64,000 bases of DNA, taken from positions 179,297 to 243,296 of the forward strand of contig NMRA01000225.1 in NCBI GenBank assembly GCA_002633005.1. Direction: 5' to 3'. Each line of letters opens with the position of its first letter. Positions within the stretch are counted from its first letter, which is position 1. This document shows, piece after piece, positions 61,481 to 64,000 of this stretch. A program made the translations under genes and the position numbers. The stretch comes from Phoronis australis (taxonomy: Eukaryota; Animalia; Phoronida). The notes under the pieces are model-generated. The model had not been told where the DNA came from and searched no databases. It saw only the letters and a list, made by a program, of their open reading frames with translations.

Positions 61481-63404
61481 ACAGTTATTAAATTAGGCTT
61501 GTGGCTTTTGTGCCTAACGCTCACTGCCTTGGGCGAAGGTAGAAGAGCGTCAGCAATGAAAGCATTAACAGTGTACTGTATCGGATGGAAACATTGCGGG
61601 CTAATCAATGAAGCAATGAATGTATCAACAATTCTCATTGGTTGACTTCTGTCAGACATAAATATGTTTGAAATGAATAGAATAGTGGTGGATTAGGTTG
61701 ATGTTATTTATGTATGATGTAAATAAAATATGGTTGACATTAATGCATTGTGTAAGATAATTCGTATTTTTGTCAGACATACATTGGAATGATATTTCAC
61801 TGCGCCAGCCATTCCACGACGACGTGTTGTCACAGCCTGGGTGTAGTAGACGTGCCCTGCGCTGTTTCGTATAATAATAATAATGAAACGTCTAAATGGA
61901 CACTGTAATGTTTGTTAACTTACACGTTTGGCTTTGAGGCCTCACTTTATGCCATGAAATTACTATAGGGAAATCCAAAAGCTCGTGTCAGGAATAAGCC
62001 TTCAGAGTATATACACTTCAGAGTATACACCTTTGCATGCTGTTTTGACAGATGTGGCTATCTGTAGTAACAAAAATATATTCATTTCCAATTTGCTCTA
62101 TCTTAGCACATTCCCGAAACATAAACTTGAAATGTATATTTACCTCATTGGATAATTTGAAAAAATAGTAATTATGAAACAGTGAAACTTCAATTTGCAC
62201 AATTCATTCACTCATTCACTTCCATTGACTTCAGATATCTCAGAACCTGGCTGTAAAATTAATTCCTCTGATGCTACCAAAATTAATATCTGATATGTTC
62301 AAAACTAAGTTGCGACAGATATGCATCAAATAAATGTACAATCTGCTAAAAGATACTTCCCTTCATTCAATCGACGTTTCACTTATCAAGAACAAAAGAA
62401 ATAGACAGATAGATCAATTTTGTTTTAATATTTTCTCAAGCGTTTGCACGAATATTGCTGACATCCCATAGGCGGGTTTAGGGGAGCCCTTTCCCCTTTG
62501 CGATATGTTATAACCGACAGTGCGTTCAATATATTGATCTTATCTGATCTAAAACATGACTTCTGCACTAGCACTGACAACACATCATATCCCTATTCAT
62601 TAAACCTCAGTATCTTCTTTGATCAATCGCTGAATGGGCAGTCTCACGTGTACGTTGCCAAAACCTTTTGTTCCTTTTAAAATTCCTCCTGGTTCAGGTT
62701 CCGTCAAACTTGGAGTGTCTTTACAACACTTAGTTTGTTCGCTTCCAGTCCCTTATTTTTTACGTCACTTGCTCAACGACTGGCTTTTGTCATAAGAAAT
62801 TCCATCTATCATCACCCTCTGTTAACTTCAATTCAGTGGAGCTCACTGCATGAGATTCAAATGAACACGCCTCAATATCTACCTCAAACAGTGTTGTTTT
62901 GATTTAAGAAGCTGTCCCAAACTACCCTGTACTTTAACGTACATCCTATCGAGAAGGCTGGCAGTATTGAGGTCTCTTTCAAAATATTGAGTACATTGTG
63001 AGGTTTACCAAAGTACTTTCTACGTTGTTCTGATTCCATCTACTTTAATCAAAATCTTGTAAATAAGCGTACATGCCATTGACCTTTTCTTGCAGCGTCG
63101 GCTGGATGCGAGGATGTTCCTAACAAAATCATACTCGGGGCAGCCTTTGTTGTGATGGCGTTGATCTCCACCACCATTTAAAGCTTTGAAGTCATCAGAG
63201 ACAGGCTCTGTGCCAATTTTTTTAACATTCCAATTGTTTAATATTCCTGAACCCTCACAAAGGCAGAAGACAATTTACTCCGAAGTTAGACTGGTATTAT
63301 TTTTTTAAAATTCTAAGCAAAACGTTCAAGTTGCGTGATGACTTGATAACCTAACGTGTTGTTCATGAACGGGGCTTTAATTTTTTACATGCGTGATGTA
63401 CAAT

Positions 63405-64000
63405 GGTTACTTGATTGATGAACATGTTAATTAATTGTTATAAGAGCTTACTGAATTTTTCTTGTTGTTTATTTGGGCATTACAGCTGATTTACAGTCCC
63501 CAAAGGTCGAGAAGGCAGACAGTAAAGGGCTTTTATGTTGAAACAGTATCATTTTGTAGTGTTCAGCGAAATGCGCATTGTTTTGAGAACATTTATTTTC
63601 GTGAACGTTATTGTGTTTTTACGTATGTCATATCTTTTGCTTATATAATGTTTATTTATTACTTGTTTGATGAACGTGTTAACTGTTGAGATTTACTGTT
63701 ATGTGCATGTATTTATTTTGCTTGCTATTCATTTGGACATTCTTTCTGATTTACAGTATTACAGTACCATAGCCTTCCCAAAGGAAACAATAAAGTACTC
63801 CTTTGTCACTTTCTAGTCTTGTGGAAAATACAGTTGTTTTTGAAAACCTAACATTTGTTTTTAGTGGACTGGGTTTGTTTTTTACCTGCGTACTTTTTGT
63901 TGGAATGATGTTCAAATGTTACTTGTTTGATGAACATGTTAAATGTTATTACAATTTACTTCAAGTGTTTTGCTTGTTATTCCTCTAGTTTTTCCGCTAA
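63405..64000. repeat. Diverged tandem repeat, ~255-bp unit (runs off the window end)
   Basis: TTACTTG(A/T)TTGATGAAC(A/G)TGTTAA at ~63408, ~63659 and ~63919, with similar downstream sequence. Confidence 0.7.

Noticed and set aside
62560-63260. Possible minus-strand coding relic
   Set aside because: No recognisable motif and frequent stops in the frames I read; cannot be supported without a search.

Overview
AT-rich, intron-containing animal (probably invertebrate) genomic DNA with two assembly gaps (10717-11622, 40227-40461). There are no prokaryotic features, RNA genes or CRISPR arrays. The only host gene I can support is a + strand immunoglobulin-superfamily gene. It has a leader exon (8998-9027), a signal peptide plus V-type Ig exon that lacks all Cys and Trp (9080-9488), and a C2/CD80-like Ig exon (21858-22172); its 3' exons were not identified with confidence. 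Most of the rest is nested transposon relics: two Academ elements with 3-bp TSDs, several internally deleted Kolobok elements (convergent THAP-transposase and KolX stubs, TTAA targets), an ISL2EU-like element holding a MITE that holds a solo LTR, Harbinger-like MITEs, a Helentron/HINE-like element with CTCF-like motifs, a 58-bp perfect-hairpin insertion with a 9-bp TSD, and LINE fragments. About 45.4-60.9 kb is a dimeric satellite (monomers of ~700 bp) with multi-level higher-order structure. I found no demonstrably new biological system. The best leads are the cysteine-less V-C2 receptor, the TE-borne CTCF-like arrays, the recurrent minimal Kolobok architecture, the 58-bp element and the satellite's origin. 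All family assignments are by eye, from remembered motifs, and need database confirmation.
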